Shown here one piece after another: positions 22,773 through 33,017 of a stretch of 64,000 nucleotides of DNA; within the stretch, counting starts at the first letter, position 1; every line of letters begins with the position of its first letter. The notes under the pieces are model-generated. The model had not been told where the DNA came from, ran no database searches, and saw only the letters and a list, made by a program, of their open reading frames with translations. Origin of the DNA: Gemmatimonadota bacterium (GTDB lineage: Bacteria; Gemmatimonadota; Gemmatimonadetes; Gemmatimonadales; GWC2-71-9); the NCBI GenBank assembly GCA_003169895.1, contig PNAE01000007.1, forward strand, positions 1,426,880 to 1,490,879, read 5' to 3'. Both the position numbers and the translations under genes were made by a program.

Positions 22773-24769
22773 GCGCGCGGGCCGAGCGCGGTGGCTGGGG
22801 TGAACCGCCGCCCGAACGGGTGGAACAACGCATTGTCATTGAGCGCGACAACACCGTCACCGCCCGATCCGGCAAGGTCGAGTACGGCCAGGGCATCCGC
22901 GCCGGGTTCGCCATGATTGTCGCCGAAGAACTCGGGGTGCGGTTCGACCGGGTTCGCGTCGAACTCGGCGAAACCGATCGTGTGCCGTGGGATATGGGGA
23001 CCTTCGGCAGCATGTCGACCGCGGTTGACGGCTCGTTGCTCCGCGCCGCCGCCGCCGTTGCTCGCGCGATGCTGCTCGAGCGCGCCGCCGCGCGATGGCA
23101 GCTACCGATGGACGGGCTCGACACGCGAGACGGTGCCGTCGTCGCATCCGATGGTCGGACGCTCTCGTTCGCAGCGTTGACGGCGGGCGAGCCGCTCGCT
23201 GGACCGGTGGCCTCCGCGGTGCTGCGACCGATGACCGAGGCGGTCGATCAGCCGCGCCGCACCGGCGCATTCGACATCGTCACCGGCCGGGCGCGCTATC
23301 CTGGCGACATTCGCCTTCCCGGGATGGTGCACGGACACGCGCTGGCGCCGCCGCGGTCCGGGTGCGGGTTGCTCGCACTCGTGGATCGCGGTGCAGCGGC
23401 CGTCTCCGGTGTGATTGCGGTGGTGCGGGATGGCGACTTCGTCGGGGTCGTCGCCGAGCGGGACGAGCAGGCGCACGAAGCGCTCAGGCTCCTCCATGTC
23501 GATTGGGGACCACCACCACCACCGGCCGCGCCGACGCAAATCGAGATGCGCAACGATGGCGGCGTGGACGAGGCGTTCGCTGGCGGGCACGGGATCATCG
23601 CCGCCGAATACTCGGTGCCGCATATCGCCCATGCGTCGATCGGCCCGAGTGCAGCCGTCGCGTCGGTTACGCGCGATCGCACCGACGTGTATGCCGCCAC
23701 GCAGCGCCCATTCGGTCTGCGTGACGAAGTGGCGGGGCTGCTTGCCACCCCTCCCCAGCGGGTGAGCATCCACCCGACCGCGATGGGCGGGATGTACGGG
23801 CGGGGGAACATGAACGATGCCGCGCTCGAGGCGGTGCGCCTCTCACGCGCCGTCCAGCGTCCCGTGATGGTGCAATGGACCAGGACCGAGGAATTCCAGC
23901 GGAGCCCCGCGCGACCGGTCCTCGAGGCTCACCTTGAGGCCGTGCTGACCGACGGCACGATCACCGCGTGGCGCTCGAGCATCCGGACGAACCCGCACGC
24001 CTACGTTGGCGCGGTGGTCCCGCCGCAGGTGCTTGAAATCACGTCGGGACGCAACGCGGTGCCGGCCTACCGGCTTGGGCGGGCGGCTGTCATGCTCGAG
24101 GTGGTCCCGGCGAGCATTCGCACCGGCGCGTTTCGTTCGCTGGCGGCCGCGCCGAACATCTTCGCCATAGAATCGTTCATCGACGAACTTGCCGGCGCCG
24201 CCGGCCGGGATCCGATCGCATTCCGGCTCGAACACCTCGATGATCCGCGCCTGCGTCGCGTCCTCGAAACGGTGCGTGAACGGAGCGGGTGGGACCGCCA
24301 CGGGCAGGTGGCCGGACGCGGGCTTGGTGTCGCCTGCGCCATATACAACGATACCGCGGTGGCGCAGGTGGCAGAGGTCGTCTGCACGGATGGCGCCACG
24401 GTCCGGCTGGAGCGAATCTGGTGCGCGGTCGACGCCGGTCACCTGGTGCATCCCGACGGCGCGCGGAATCAGATCGAGGGAGGGATCCAGCAGGCGGCGA
24501 GCTGGACGCTGCTCGAGGCGCTGGCTGTTGACGATGGCGCGATCGCGACGACGAATTGGCGAGACTATCCCATCGCGACCTTCCGCGACGCACCGGAACG
24601 GATCGACGTAGTGTTCACGACGACACCCGGTCAGCGATCGTCCGGGACGGGTGAGCCCGGCTCGGTGCCGACGGCCGCGGCGATCGCCAACGCGGTGTTC
24701 GCCGCCTGCGGCGTGCGCGTCCGCCGGCTCCCCTTTGCGCGCGGGGTCAACGACGCACGCTCTCCCTGA
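22769..24769 (+). CDS. molybdopterin-binding large subunit (IorB/aldehyde-oxidase-like), no Tat signal
   Basis: The ATG at 22769 overlaps the small-subunit stop (ATGA). It shows EYGQGIRAGFAMIVAEELGV and a C-terminal GTGEPGSVPTAAAIANAVFAACG, typical of this family. Confidence 0.85.
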   Translation: MSARAERGGWGEPPPERVEQRIVIERDNTVTARSGKVEYGQGIRAGFAMIVAEELGVRFDRVRVELGETDRVPWDMGTFGSMSTAVDGSLLRAAAAVARAMLLERAAARWQLPMDGLDTRDGAVVASDGRTLSFAALTAGEPLAGPVASAVLRPMTEAVDQPRRTGAFDIVTGRARYPGDIRLPGMVHGHALAPPRSGCGLLALVDRGAAAVSGVIAVVRDGDFVGVVAERDEQAHEALRLLHVDWGPPPPPAAPTQIEMRNDGGVDEAFAGGHGIIAAEYSVPHIAHASIGPSAAVASVTRDRTDVYAATQRPFGLRDEVAGLLATPPQRVSIHPTAMGGMYGRGNMNDAALEAVRLSRAVQRPVMVQWTRTEEFQRSPARPVLEAHLEAVLTDGTITAWRSSIRTNPHAYVGAVVPPQVLEITSGRNAVPAYRLGRAAVMLEVVPASIRTGAFRSLAAAPNIFAIESFIDELAGAAGRDPIAFRLEHLDDPRLRRVLETVRERSGWDRHGQVAGRGLGVACAIYNDTAVAQVAEVVCTDGATVRLERIWCAVDAGHLVHPDGARNQIEGGIQQAASWTLLEALAVDDGAIATTNWRDYPIATFRDAPERIDVVFTTTPGQRSSGTGEPGSVPTAAAIANAVFAACGVRVRRLPFARGVNDARSP

Positions 24770-24870
24770 CTGAAGCGCCAACGGATCCGACGACACGGAT
24801 TCCACGGGTCACCGGATTCTCAACGAGCACCGAAGCGCCGAGCGCCCCGCGCCGCCATGAAACGGCGGCG

Positions 24871-26772
24871 CTACCGACCAGAGAGGACCGGTTCCAGGCG
24901 GTCCGGAGCGGCAGACTGAGGCTGCGGCTCGGCAAGAGTCACCGCCGGTAGTTGCTCGCGCGTGAGTGTCTCGCGCTCCTGCAGCAGGCGCGCACCGTCG
25001 TCCAGCGCGGCGTGGTTCCTGGTGAGGATCGCGACGGCTCGCTTGAGCGCGGCCGCCACCAGGTTGCGCACGGCGCCTTCGATCTCCCGCGCGGTCGCTT
25101 CGCTGTAGACCCGCGACTCCGGCGCAATCAGTGCGCGAGGACCGAGAAAGGCATTGGTGGGCTCACCATACACCACGTGTCCTACGGTTTCATCCATCCC
25201 GTGGCGCATGACCATTTCGCGGGCCAGTTCGGTGGCCTTGACCAGGTCGTCGGCCGCGCCGGTGGACAACTCGCCGAATGCGACAAGTTCGGCGGCCCGG
25301 CCGCCGAGGAGCACGGTCATCCGTCCCTCGAGCTCCTTGCGGGTGGCGATGTAGCGCTCTTCCAGCGGCCGCTGCAAGGTGAAGCCAAGTGCGCCGAGGC
25401 CGTGCGGAATGATCGACACCTTCTGTACCGGATCGGCGCCGGGGGTGGCAAGCGCCACCAGTGCGTGCCCCATCTCATGGTACGATGTGATCCTCCGCTC
25501 GCGGGCATTCAGCACCCGGCTCTTCTTCTCCAATCCTGCGACGATGCGCTCCACGGCAGCGGTGAAGTCGGCGAGGCCCACCGCGTTCGCGCCGCGGCGC
25601 GTGGCCGTGAGGGCCGCCTCGTTGACCAGATTGGCAAGGTCGGCGCCGGTGAAGCCGGGCGTCATCGCCGCCACGTCATCGAGCGTGAGCGCGGGATCGA
25701 GCGGCACCTTCTTGACATGCACATGGAGGATCTGCACTCGCCCGGCACGATCAGGCCGGTCCACCAGGATCTGGCGGTCGAAGCGGCCCGCCCGCAGCAG
25801 CGCAGGGTCGAGCGTTTCAGGCCGGTTGGTGGCCGCCAGCAATATCACCCGCGATTCCGGGGTGAACCCATCCATCTCGGCGAGGAGCTGATTGAGCGTC
25901 TGCTCCTTCTCGTCGTTGGCGCCGCTCAGCACGCTGGCGCCGCGGGTGCGGCCGAGGGCATCGATCTCGTCGATGAAGATGATGCAGGGAGCACCCTGCC
26001 GGGCGCGGCTGAAGAGGTCGCGTACGCGGGCCGCGCCCACGCCCACGAAGAGTTCGACGAATTCCGATCCGTTGATCGAGTAGAATGGCACGCCGGCCTC
26101 GCCCGCAACGGCCCTGGCCAGCAACGTCTTGCCGGTGCCCGGCGGGCCGACCAGGAGAATGCCCTTGGGAATCCTCGCGCCGAGGCGGCCGAATGACGCC
26201 GGGTCCTTGAGGAACGCTACCACTTCGCGGAGCTCCGCCTTCGCCTCGTCGATGCCGGCCACGTCGTTGAATGTCACCGAGATGTCGCGCTCGGCGAAGA
26301 TCTTGGCGCCGCTGCGTCCGAAGCCAAGGGCCCCGGCCGCCTGCTGGCCCATGACGCGCCGACCCAGGAACATCCAGAGCGCGAAGAACGCCGCCATCGG
26401 CAGGACCCAGGACAGCAGCATCTCGATCCAGCTGTTCGGGGCATCGCCGGCGAACTCGACTCCGCGCGCGCGCAACTCGGCAACGAGGGCCGGATCGATT
26501 CTGGTCGTGACGACCTCGCTGCGGCCGAGCGCATCGGGCGCCTTGAGCGTGGCACGAATGGAGTTGGTTCCCACATCGACCCGGCGTACGCGCCCCGAAT
26601 CGAGCAGCTGCACGAAGGTGCTGTACGGGATGCGCTGCCGGGAGCTCCCGATCAGCAGGCGCGATGCGACCAGGGCCGCAACGACCAGCAACGGAAAGAG
26701 CCAAGCCATGGTGCCGCGAGGGCGGGACCCGTCACGTCGTGGGCCGGCTGGGGGTTCAGGACGATCGGCCAC
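24871..26772 (-). CDS. ftsH: ATP-dependent zinc metalloprotease FtsH
   Basis: AAA+ Walker [23 protein letters not shown], Walker [13 protein letters not shown] region, and the zinc motif HEMGHALV. There is an N-terminal TM pair. Confidence 0.93.
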   Translation of the reverse strand: MADRPEPPAGPRRDGSRPRGTMAWLFPLLVVAALVASRLLIGSSRQRIPYSTFVQLLDSGRVRRVDVGTNSIRATLKAPDALGRSEVVTTRIDPALVAELRARGVEFAGDAPNSWIEMLLSWVLPMAAFFALWMFLGRRVMGQQAAGALGFGRSGAKIFAERDISVTFNDVAGIDEAKAELREVVAFLKDPASFGRLGARIPKGILLVGPPGTGKTLLARAVAGEAGVPFYSINGSEFVELFVGVGAARVRDLFSRARQGAPCIIFIDEIDALGRTRGASVLSGANDEKEQTLNQLLAEMDGFTPESRVILLAATNRPETLDPALLRAGRFDRQILVDRPDRAGRVQILHVHVKKVPLDPALTLDDVAAMTPGFTGADLANLVNEAALTATRRGANAVGLADFTAAVERIVAGLEKKSRVLNARERRITSYHEMGHALVALATPGADPVQKVSIIPHGLGALGFTLQRPLEERYIATRKELEGRMTVLLGGRAAELVAFGELSTGAADDLVKATELAREMVMRHGMDETVGHVVYGEPTNAFLGPRALIAPESRVYSEATAREIEGAVRNLVAAALKRAVAILTRNHAALDDGARLLQERETLTREQLPAVTLAEPQPQSAAPDRLEPVLSGR

Positions 26773-26802
26773 ACATCCTCCGGTTGTCGCGGGTCTGTGC
26801 CA

Positions 26803-27306
26803 TCAGGGTGTCGTGGCAACCTCGGGAACCGGCACGTCGGCTGGACGGAGGGGCTGGCTCTGTGACAGCAGCGAGCGGCCCCACGCCTCGGCCCCGGCGA
26901 GTTCTTCCTGGTTTGGCCGCCCGCGGTTGAAGATCCGCGGGCCGATCCTGCCGATGAGGCGGCTCCACCCACGAGCCGAGATGCCGCCGAGGAAGACCAT
27001 CCCCTTGGCCTCGAACAGCAGCTGCAACTGGTGAATCGTCTTCGCATCGCCCGATGCGTGCATGGTGCAGAATGCTGCGGCTCGCTTGCCCGGCATGGCC
27101 GGCATCCGCGCGATGAACTTGCGGACCGCGCGCGAGGGACCGCCGTATTGCACCGGCGTCCCAACGCAGATCAGATCACAGTCCGGAACCCGGGTCATAT
27201 CCACGCTTTCAAGGCTCACGGCAGCGACGCCGAGACCGGTGGCGACGGCCTGCGCGAGCTTCCGGGTGTTGCCACTTTCCGAGTGGTAGATGACGAGCGC
27301 GCTCAT
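26803..27306 (-). CDS. flavodoxin-family protein
   Basis: MSALVIYHSESGNTRKLAQAV is an FMN-binding loop. The ATG at 27306 is preceded by AAGGAG with a 6-nt spacer. The track start at 27312 is 2 codons upstream. Confidence 0.75.
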   Translation of the reverse strand: MSALVIYHSESGNTRKLAQAVATGLGVAAVSLESVDMTRVPDCDLICVGTPVQYGGPSRAVRKFIARMPAMPGKRAAAFCTMHASGDAKTIHQLQLLFEAKGMVFLGGISARGWSRLIGRIGPRIFNRGRPNQEELAGAEAWGRSLLSQSQPLRPADVPVPEVATTP

Positions 27307-27488
27307 GACCAACTCCTTCTTGACCTTCTGCCGGTGACCAAGCCGGGCTGCCGATTAGCGAGCAGTGCGCGGCACTATAGGTGTTCGCTGCGGCCTAACC
27401 CATCGGGCAATTGCCGACGGTCTGTCGTCAAAGGTCCGACCCGGAATCACCGACACGTTGTCGGCCAATGCCGGACTGACCCTGGCTG

Positions 27489-27527
27489 CTTCCCGGCAGA
27501 ATGGCGGGAATTCCTTGTAGAATCAGG
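27489..27527 (+). repeat. 39-nt repeat R1, copy a
   Basis: CTTCCCGGCAGAATGGCGGGAATTCCTTGTAGAATCAGG is 38/39 identical to 30475-30513. A diverged relative lies at about 18135-18170 (..TGGGCGAAATCCTC..). Confidence 0.7.
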
Positions 27528-27589
27528 AGTTCAATCAGTAGCCTGCTAGAGGTTTAGTAGCGCGCATTGCGGGGAGCCGTTCGGCATCG

Positions 27590-27720
27590 CATCGAGTCGG
27601 GGTCGATCGCTCGCCGCCAATCTCGGCGGAGATTTCCGGACGGAGCACCTTGAGGGCCACGTTACGGCCCCATACTCTGGCACCTGGTGGTTCCGGTTGC
27701 TTCGACGCGGTTTCACAGCG
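27590..27720 (-). pseudogene. decayed N-terminal fragment of a Ser/Thr kinase
   Basis: The minus-strand frame reads IASGMARC...GRNVALKVLRPEISAEIGGER. Compare intact paralogs, GGMATVYLA...R.VAIKVLRPEL...G.ERF. Homology is lost on both sides. Confidence 0.4.
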
Positions 27721-27863
27721 TGCCATGCCACTGGCGATTGAACAGTGCGATGGTTGCAGGGAAGGTCAGTGCACGCGTTCGCCCATGCCGGTGCGACTCA
27801 ACGCGAAACGGACCCCGGCAGGCGGTAAGGACGGCCCCCGTGCGCCCGAGAGCAATGTGTCAC

Positions 27864-28325
27864 TCACGGGCTCGGCGGCAACTCGCCGAGGGCCTCGAGG
27901 TCGCTCAGGTCCTTGCGTCGTCCGGCCGCGCGCTTGTTCGCGATCAGAACCCGCCGGCTGATGAATGCCGCGGGCGCTCCGTCGAGTTCATGCTCGACTC
28001 GGTCGGGCCAGGCGTCATCGAAGGTGGCAACGCCGGTGATGCTGGTGAGCAGGTCAATCCGGTGCGGCGGCAGCCCGAGCTGGATCACGATTCCGGGCCG
28101 CTGAAGATCCTGCACCGTAATGCCGAGCGAATCCATCGGCGCGCCGAATGCAGCCAATGCGCGCCAGGCACGTTCAGCGTTCGAGGCGGCGGGGTCGAGC
28201 CAGATATCGAGGTCCTGCGTACCACGCGGGACTCCGTGCAGCGCGAGCGCGTGGGCGCCGACGATCAGGAACCGCGCGCCGGCCGTCTCCAGGGCGGCGA
28301 GCAAGTCCCGCCAGTCGTCACCCAC
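27864..28325 (-). CDS. minimal nucleotidyltransferase-fold protein (DUF2204/MNT-like), possible TA component
   Basis: FLIVGAHALALHGVPRGTQDLDIWL matches the G..A...hG..R.T.DlD nucleotidyltransferase signature. Its start overlaps the stop of a small upstream ORF by 8 nt. Confidence 0.5.
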   Translation of the reverse strand: MGDDWRDLLAALETAGARFLIVGAHALALHGVPRGTQDLDIWLDPAASNAERAWRALAAFGAPMDSLGITVQDLQRPGIVIQLGLPPHRIDLLTSITGVATFDDAWPDRVEHELDGAPAAFISRRVLIANKRAAGRRKDLSDLEALGELPPSP

Positions 28326-28458
28326 CCGGCCGGATCACTCGTCCGGGCATGTCTGCGCGCCCGTAGCTGGGAATCGGTCGGCCGGTGAGCCGCCACATCC
28401 GGGTCGAAAGCAGTGCCACCATGGCGAGCCGCTCGCCGGCCGTTGTAGTCGCTCGCAT
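28318..28458 (-). CDS. small partner ORF (46 aa) of the nucleotidyltransferase
   Basis: MRATTTAGERLAMVALLSTRMWRLTGRPIPSYGRADMPGRVIRPGG. ATG at 28458; alternative ATGs at 28482 and 28503. It overlaps the downstream gene, suggesting coupling. Confidence 0.35.
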   Translation of the reverse strand: MRATTTAGERLAMVALLSTRMWRLTGRPIPSYGRADMPGRVIRPGG

Positions 28459-28628
28459 GTCGTCGCGCGGCTCCGCACCCATGCGAAAAACCCGGGCCGG
28501 CATCCTGCCGTGAGCTTCTGGATCTCCGGGTGACTTCATCAGCGAAATATAGTTGACCAGGGACAACACCAGCCTGCACGCGGCCGTATTCGCCCCAGAC
28601 CAATGGGTAGGCCAGCACCGTCCACACC

Positions 28629-29006
28629 GTGGCCAACCAGACGCTGACTTTCGGATCGCCGCTGCCGTCATCAGGAGTAATCGCGGGCGCCGGGGCGCCA
28701 TACAAGGTGCTCAACGCTTCGGTCACCTTTGCCGGTGACTACCAATCGCTGTCGCTGTCATACGGGTCGGTTGTCGGCAACAACTTCTCCATGGTAGCGA
28801 GCACGAGCTATGCTGGTGGAAACACCGTGAACCTGGTGGCGCCCAACCTCGCACCGGTCGCCGGCTACCTCACCAGCTGGGCGCCGCCGACGGGCACCGC
28901 CAACTACACGCTCAAGGCGGCCTCGATCAATGACGTCGCCCAGACCACGAACTTCTGCGTCGACGGGTTCAAGTACTTCGCGGCTATGGCCACCGGGACG
29001 ATGTAG
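28629..29006 (+). CDS. hypothetical protein (125 aa), possibly a gene fragment
   Basis: GTG-initiated ORF with an in-frame stop 19 nt upstream. It has a Gly/Ser/Thr/Asn-rich beta-type composition, no signal peptide and no recognisable motif. Confidence 0.3.
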   Translation: MANQTLTFGSPLPSSGVIAGAGAPYKVLNASVTFAGDYQSLSLSYGSVVGNNFSMVASTSYAGGNTVNLVAPNLAPVAGYLTSWAPPTGTANYTLKAASINDVAQTTNFCVDGFKYFAAMATGTM

Positions 29007-29134
29007 CAGCACGGGTAGCGCGGCGAGCGAGAGCTGACCGGGGGCGCTTCACCCCCGCCGTTTGCCGGCGATGCATGGCACGGGATACATTGGCTCCACT
29101 CGCCACGGCCCTCATCTCCAATGGAGTTCAACGC

Positions 29135-29590
29135 ATGAAGAACAACTGGTTCGCTCTCGTAGTCGCCTTTGGGGCGGTGTCGTCGCCCCTTCCTGCGCAG
29201 CAGACAGACGTGATGGTGGCCGTGAACCGCTTTGTCGACGGTTACAACAAGAGTGATGCAAAAATGTTGGCTGCGGCGTGTTCGGACCAGACCTCCATCA
29301 TCGATGAGTTTCCACCCCACGAGTGGCATGGCATGGGCGCTTGCTTGACGTGGATGAAGGACTACGACATCGACGCGAAGAAGAACGGGATTACGGACGG
29401 CGCAGTGGTCCTGGGGAAGCCGTCGCATGTTGACGTTACCGGCGACCGTGCCTACGTGGTCATCCCGTCGAATTACACGTACAAGCAGCGGGGCGCGGCG
29501 ATGAAAGAAGTGGGTTCAGCGTTCACGTTTGCGTTGCACAAGGATCCATCCGGGTGGCGCATTGTCGGCTGGTCCTGGGCGAAGAAGTAG
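29135..29590 (+). CDS. secreted SnoaL/NTF2-like (DUF4440-type) protein
   Basis: The ATG at 29135 follows GGAG with an 8-nt spacer. Signal peptide MKNNWFALVVAFGAVSSPLPAQQ. The body (VNRFVDGYNKSDAKMLAAAC...WRIVGWSW) has NTF2-like size and pattern. Confidence 0.55.
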   Translation: MKNNWFALVVAFGAVSSPLPAQQTDVMVAVNRFVDGYNKSDAKMLAAACSDQTSIIDEFPPHEWHGMGACLTWMKDYDIDAKKNGITDGAVVLGKPSHVDVTGDRAYVVIPSNYTYKQRGAAMKEVGSAFTFALHKDPSGWRIVGWSWAKK

Positions 29591-29694
29591 GCGCCGCCTA
29601 ACACTTTCACGACGTCGATTGAATTTCCTGTCCTTCCGCGGTGTGTGTAAGATAGAGATCCCTAATTCGAATTCAGGCCAATTCAGAACCTCCA

Positions 29695-30141
29695 ATGGAG
29701 ACGAAAGCCATGCGCAGAATGAACGTTCCATTCTCCGGGGCTCTGTCCTTGTCGATGATCGTTCTCATCTCGACGGTCTCCACAGGGGCAGCACAGGCGC
29801 CGGCCGCGCCGGCACATCAACATTACGTGTACTGCATCTCAGGCTCGAGTATGCCAGTCGTCTATTTCAGCGAAGTTTTTGCGGCGGCGACGACAAGCGA
29901 TAAGGTTGGACCGTCTCCCGCGCCGAACAGGTTCTACGAGATCGCCGACCCCTTCAAGGCGTTTCTCGAGAAGAAATATGGCGCCGAGAGCCATTCCACC
30001 ACTCCCCCCAGCTGCCGTGTCACTAACCCGGACCCCGCGGGCCTCGAGGCAGCGCAAAAGGCCAAGCAGGGATTTGAAGACATGTACAAGCAGCAATACA
30101 AGAAACAGATCGTCGAGACCGGTTGGAAATACACGCCATAG
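29695..30141 (+). CDS. secreted hypothetical protein (148 aa)
   Basis: Signal-peptide-like N-terminus ([20 protein letters not shown]) and a Lys/Gln-rich C-terminus. No known motif. Confidence 0.5.
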   Translation: METKAMRRMNVPFSGALSLSMIVLISTVSTGAAQAPAAPAHQHYVYCISGSSMPVVYFSEVFAAATTSDKVGPSPAPNRFYEIADPFKAFLEKKYGAESHSTTPPSCRVTNPDPAGLEAAQKAKQGFEDMYKQQYKKQIVETGWKYTP

Positions 30142-30161
30142 TCCGTCCGCCGCCGCACACG

Positions 30162-30412
30162 ATTGCCGCCGAAGGTGGTGACGGAGTTGCGGCCGGTGGC
30201 TTCGTTGATCGCTTTTGCTACGCCGAAATCGGTCACCAGGGCGTGGCGGCCAGAGAGCATCACGTTGTCGGGCTTGATGTCGCGATGCACCACGCCGTGT
30301 TCGTGTGCCTCGACGAGCGCATCGACCACCTCGGTGATCAGGCGGACCGCCTCCAGCGCAGCTCCATGGGAACGGCGCGCCCTCGGCCGAGCGCAACTTC
30401 GGCGGAACCGTG
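30162..30412 (-). pseudogene. internal fragment of a Ser/Thr kinase (catalytic loop/DFG), frameshifted and truncated at both ends
   Basis: The minus strand encodes [60 protein letters not shown], almost identical to the 50354-53014 kinase. The preceding [11 protein letters not shown] is in another frame. The P-loop region and everything after the DFG segment are missing. Confidence 0.65.
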
Positions 30413-30429
30413 GGCTTGAGATCCCACCT

Positions 30430-30451
30430 AGGTGTCCGTTGGGTGTCCGTT
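30430..30451. repeat. tandem 11-nt repeat (A/G)GGTGTCCGTT x2
   Basis: aggtgtccgtt-gggtgtccgtt followed by agcGGGTCGGAATCG. The module is homologous to 18066-18125. Confidence 0.6.
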
Positions 30452-30474
30452 AGCGGGTCGGAATCGAAAAAACG

Positions 30475-30513
30475 CTTCCCGGCAGAATGGCGGGAAATCC
30501 TTGTAGAATCAGG
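30475..30513 (+). repeat. 39-nt repeat R1, copy b
   Basis: CTTCCCGGCAGAATGGCGGGAAATCCTTGTAGAATCAGG, 38/39 identical to 27489-27527. Confidence 0.7.
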
Positions 30514-30547
30514 CTTTTCGTCGGACTTGCGAAAAATATCGAGTGGC

Positions 30548-30589
30548 CTGATTAGCGTGAGGTCGGAGGTTCAACTCCTCCCAGGCCCA
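30548..30589 (+). pseudogene. tRNA-Ile(GAU) 3'-half remnant, second copy (att-like direct repeat)
   Basis: CTGATTAGCGTGAGGTCGGAGGTTCAACTCCTCCCAGGCCCA is 41/42 identical to 12693-12734 in the same orientation. It is preceded by GAGTGGC, and no 5' half is present. Confidence 0.7.
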
Positions 30590-30659
30590 TACCGTCCACC
30601 TGACGCCGCACCAAGGCTCACGCAACTGGCGGGGCGTTGATTCTCCGGCAAAGAGCGGC

Positions 30660-30928
30660 GTGGTCCTATTGACGCTCCCACCAACCGATCGCACTATTGC
30701 CGTTGAAGGCGTGAGCCCCGCCGCCAAGGCGGCGGGCTCCCCCCCCGCAACCAACCCGCTACCGGAAGGAGCCGCCCATGCGCACAGGCCACATTCGTCA
30801 CCTCCTCCTCCTTCCTTCGACATCGCCGGGGTCACCAAGGGTACGTACACCGTGACCTGGATGCTTTCGTGCGACAATGGCGATGGCGAGGTGGTGATGA
30901 CGTCGACAGTCAAGAATACTACGGTCAC

Positions 30929-30932
<4 letters not shown>
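30660..30932 (+). CDS. hypothetical 90-aa protein upstream of the short kinase
   Basis: GTG-initiated ORF with a Pro/Ala-rich N-terminal half, then FDIAGVTKGTYTVTWMLSCDNGDGEVVMTSTVKNTTVT. Its TGA overlaps an in-frame TTG of the kinase (TTGA at 30929-30932). Confidence 0.3.
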
Positions 30933-31831
<899 letters not shown>

Positions 31832-31931
31832 AAATTCGTTACTGACCCGTGACATACCCGCGGTATATCTCCAAAGACGCCCCGATCGACTCACGGCCAT
31901 CGACCATCGACCAACGACTAACGACTCTACC

Positions 31932-32162
31932 ATGACCGAACCGGAATTGCCGCCCGACCAGGTGCGACTGGTCCTTACCCCCGAGCAGAAAGAGATGGTG
32001 CGCCGCATGTCGGGGCAGAACATCGATGCCATCGAACTTGAACCGGAGGACACCAAGCAGGGCGGCGGGCCGCTGCGGTTCCTCTGGCGCCTGTCATCGA
32101 CGAGCGGCATCCCCCGGCAGCAATGGGCGGAAGGTGCGGAGGATCCCAAGCCGGAGAAGTAG
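31932..32162 (+). CDS. small acidic hypothetical protein (76 aa)
   Basis: ATG at 31932, 100 nt after the kinase stop. MTEPELPPDQVRLVLTPEQKEMVRRMSGQNIDAIELEPED... resembles a widespread LT.EQ....G...(E/A)IEL small-protein pattern. No function known to me. Confidence 0.4.
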   Translation: MTEPELPPDQVRLVLTPEQKEMVRRMSGQNIDAIELEPEDTKQGGGPLRFLWRLSSTSGIPRQQWAEGAEDPKPEK

Positions 32163-32176
32163 GGGCCTGCGTCCTC

Positions 32177-32638
32177 CTAGACTCCGAACTGTCGCAAGTG
32201 ATGATCGACGTGCTTGTACGCCCAGTGATGCCAGTCCCGAAGTGACATCCTGCCGAACCGGAAATGCGTGGGTGATACGCTCTCCGGCGTGGCCACCGCC
32301 AGCGAGCGAAGGCCATCGACCACCCGCGCGCGATCCCTGGCGAAATCCCCCGGGCGGGTTCCTTCCTTCCTCGGGTTCACGCCGGGTCGCGTCTCGACGC
32401 CCTTCGGAAACGGGATCGGCGAGTAGAGCAGCAGCCACTTGATCGGCAGCAGGAGCCGGTTGGAAGGCGCCGTTCCGGGGGGAACCCGGCGTCCAAGCAC
32501 CGCGTCGCCGGCATCGCCCAAATGGCAGAGCATTTCGCCAGGTGTCATGGTGCCCCAGCGTCGCTCGGCATCAGACCGAAGCCGCTCCGCCCGCTGCACC
32601 AGTTCGTCAAGCACGTGGGCATTGCTGATGGTCCTCAT
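32177..32638 (-). CDS. DinB-family (DUF1569/DinB_2-like) four-helix-bundle protein
   Basis: MLCHLGDAGD ... WHHWAYKHVDHHLRQFG shows the His-rich metal triad pattern and the ~150-aa size typical of DinB-like proteins. Confidence 0.7.
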   Translation of the reverse strand: MRTISNAHVLDELVQRAERLRSDAERRWGTMTPGEMLCHLGDAGDAVLGRRVPPGTAPSNRLLLPIKWLLLYSPIPFPKGVETRPGVNPRKEGTRPGDFARDRARVVDGLRSLAVATPESVSPTHFRFGRMSLRDWHHWAYKHVDHHLRQFGV

Positions 32639-33017
32639 GAGGGTCGCTCCGGGAGTTTGGGACGGCAGCGCTTGGCCGTCGAATGCAACGGGATTCGCCG
32701 CTGGAATTCTAGCGCTGCATTGTCCCGACCAGCTGGCTCAGACCGAGGAGAAGCGAGAATCTCGCCGGCCGCGACCGCAAGCGGGAGCGATCGGGCGACG
32801 CCGCGCTCACTGCCACGAAGCCAGACATCGATGGCCGGCTTCGAGGCGGTCGAATGGGGCCGTCATCGCTTCACCTTCGCGGCCTGTCGCGTGGGGCAGG
32901 CGCCGGAGCTTGACTCACGCCGGAAGCTCGGCCTGATTATCCCGGACGCGAAGGCGGTGACATCGTCAGCACGATGAAGAAGGCCACGAAGCGGAAACCC
33001 CAGGAGGATGAGATCCA

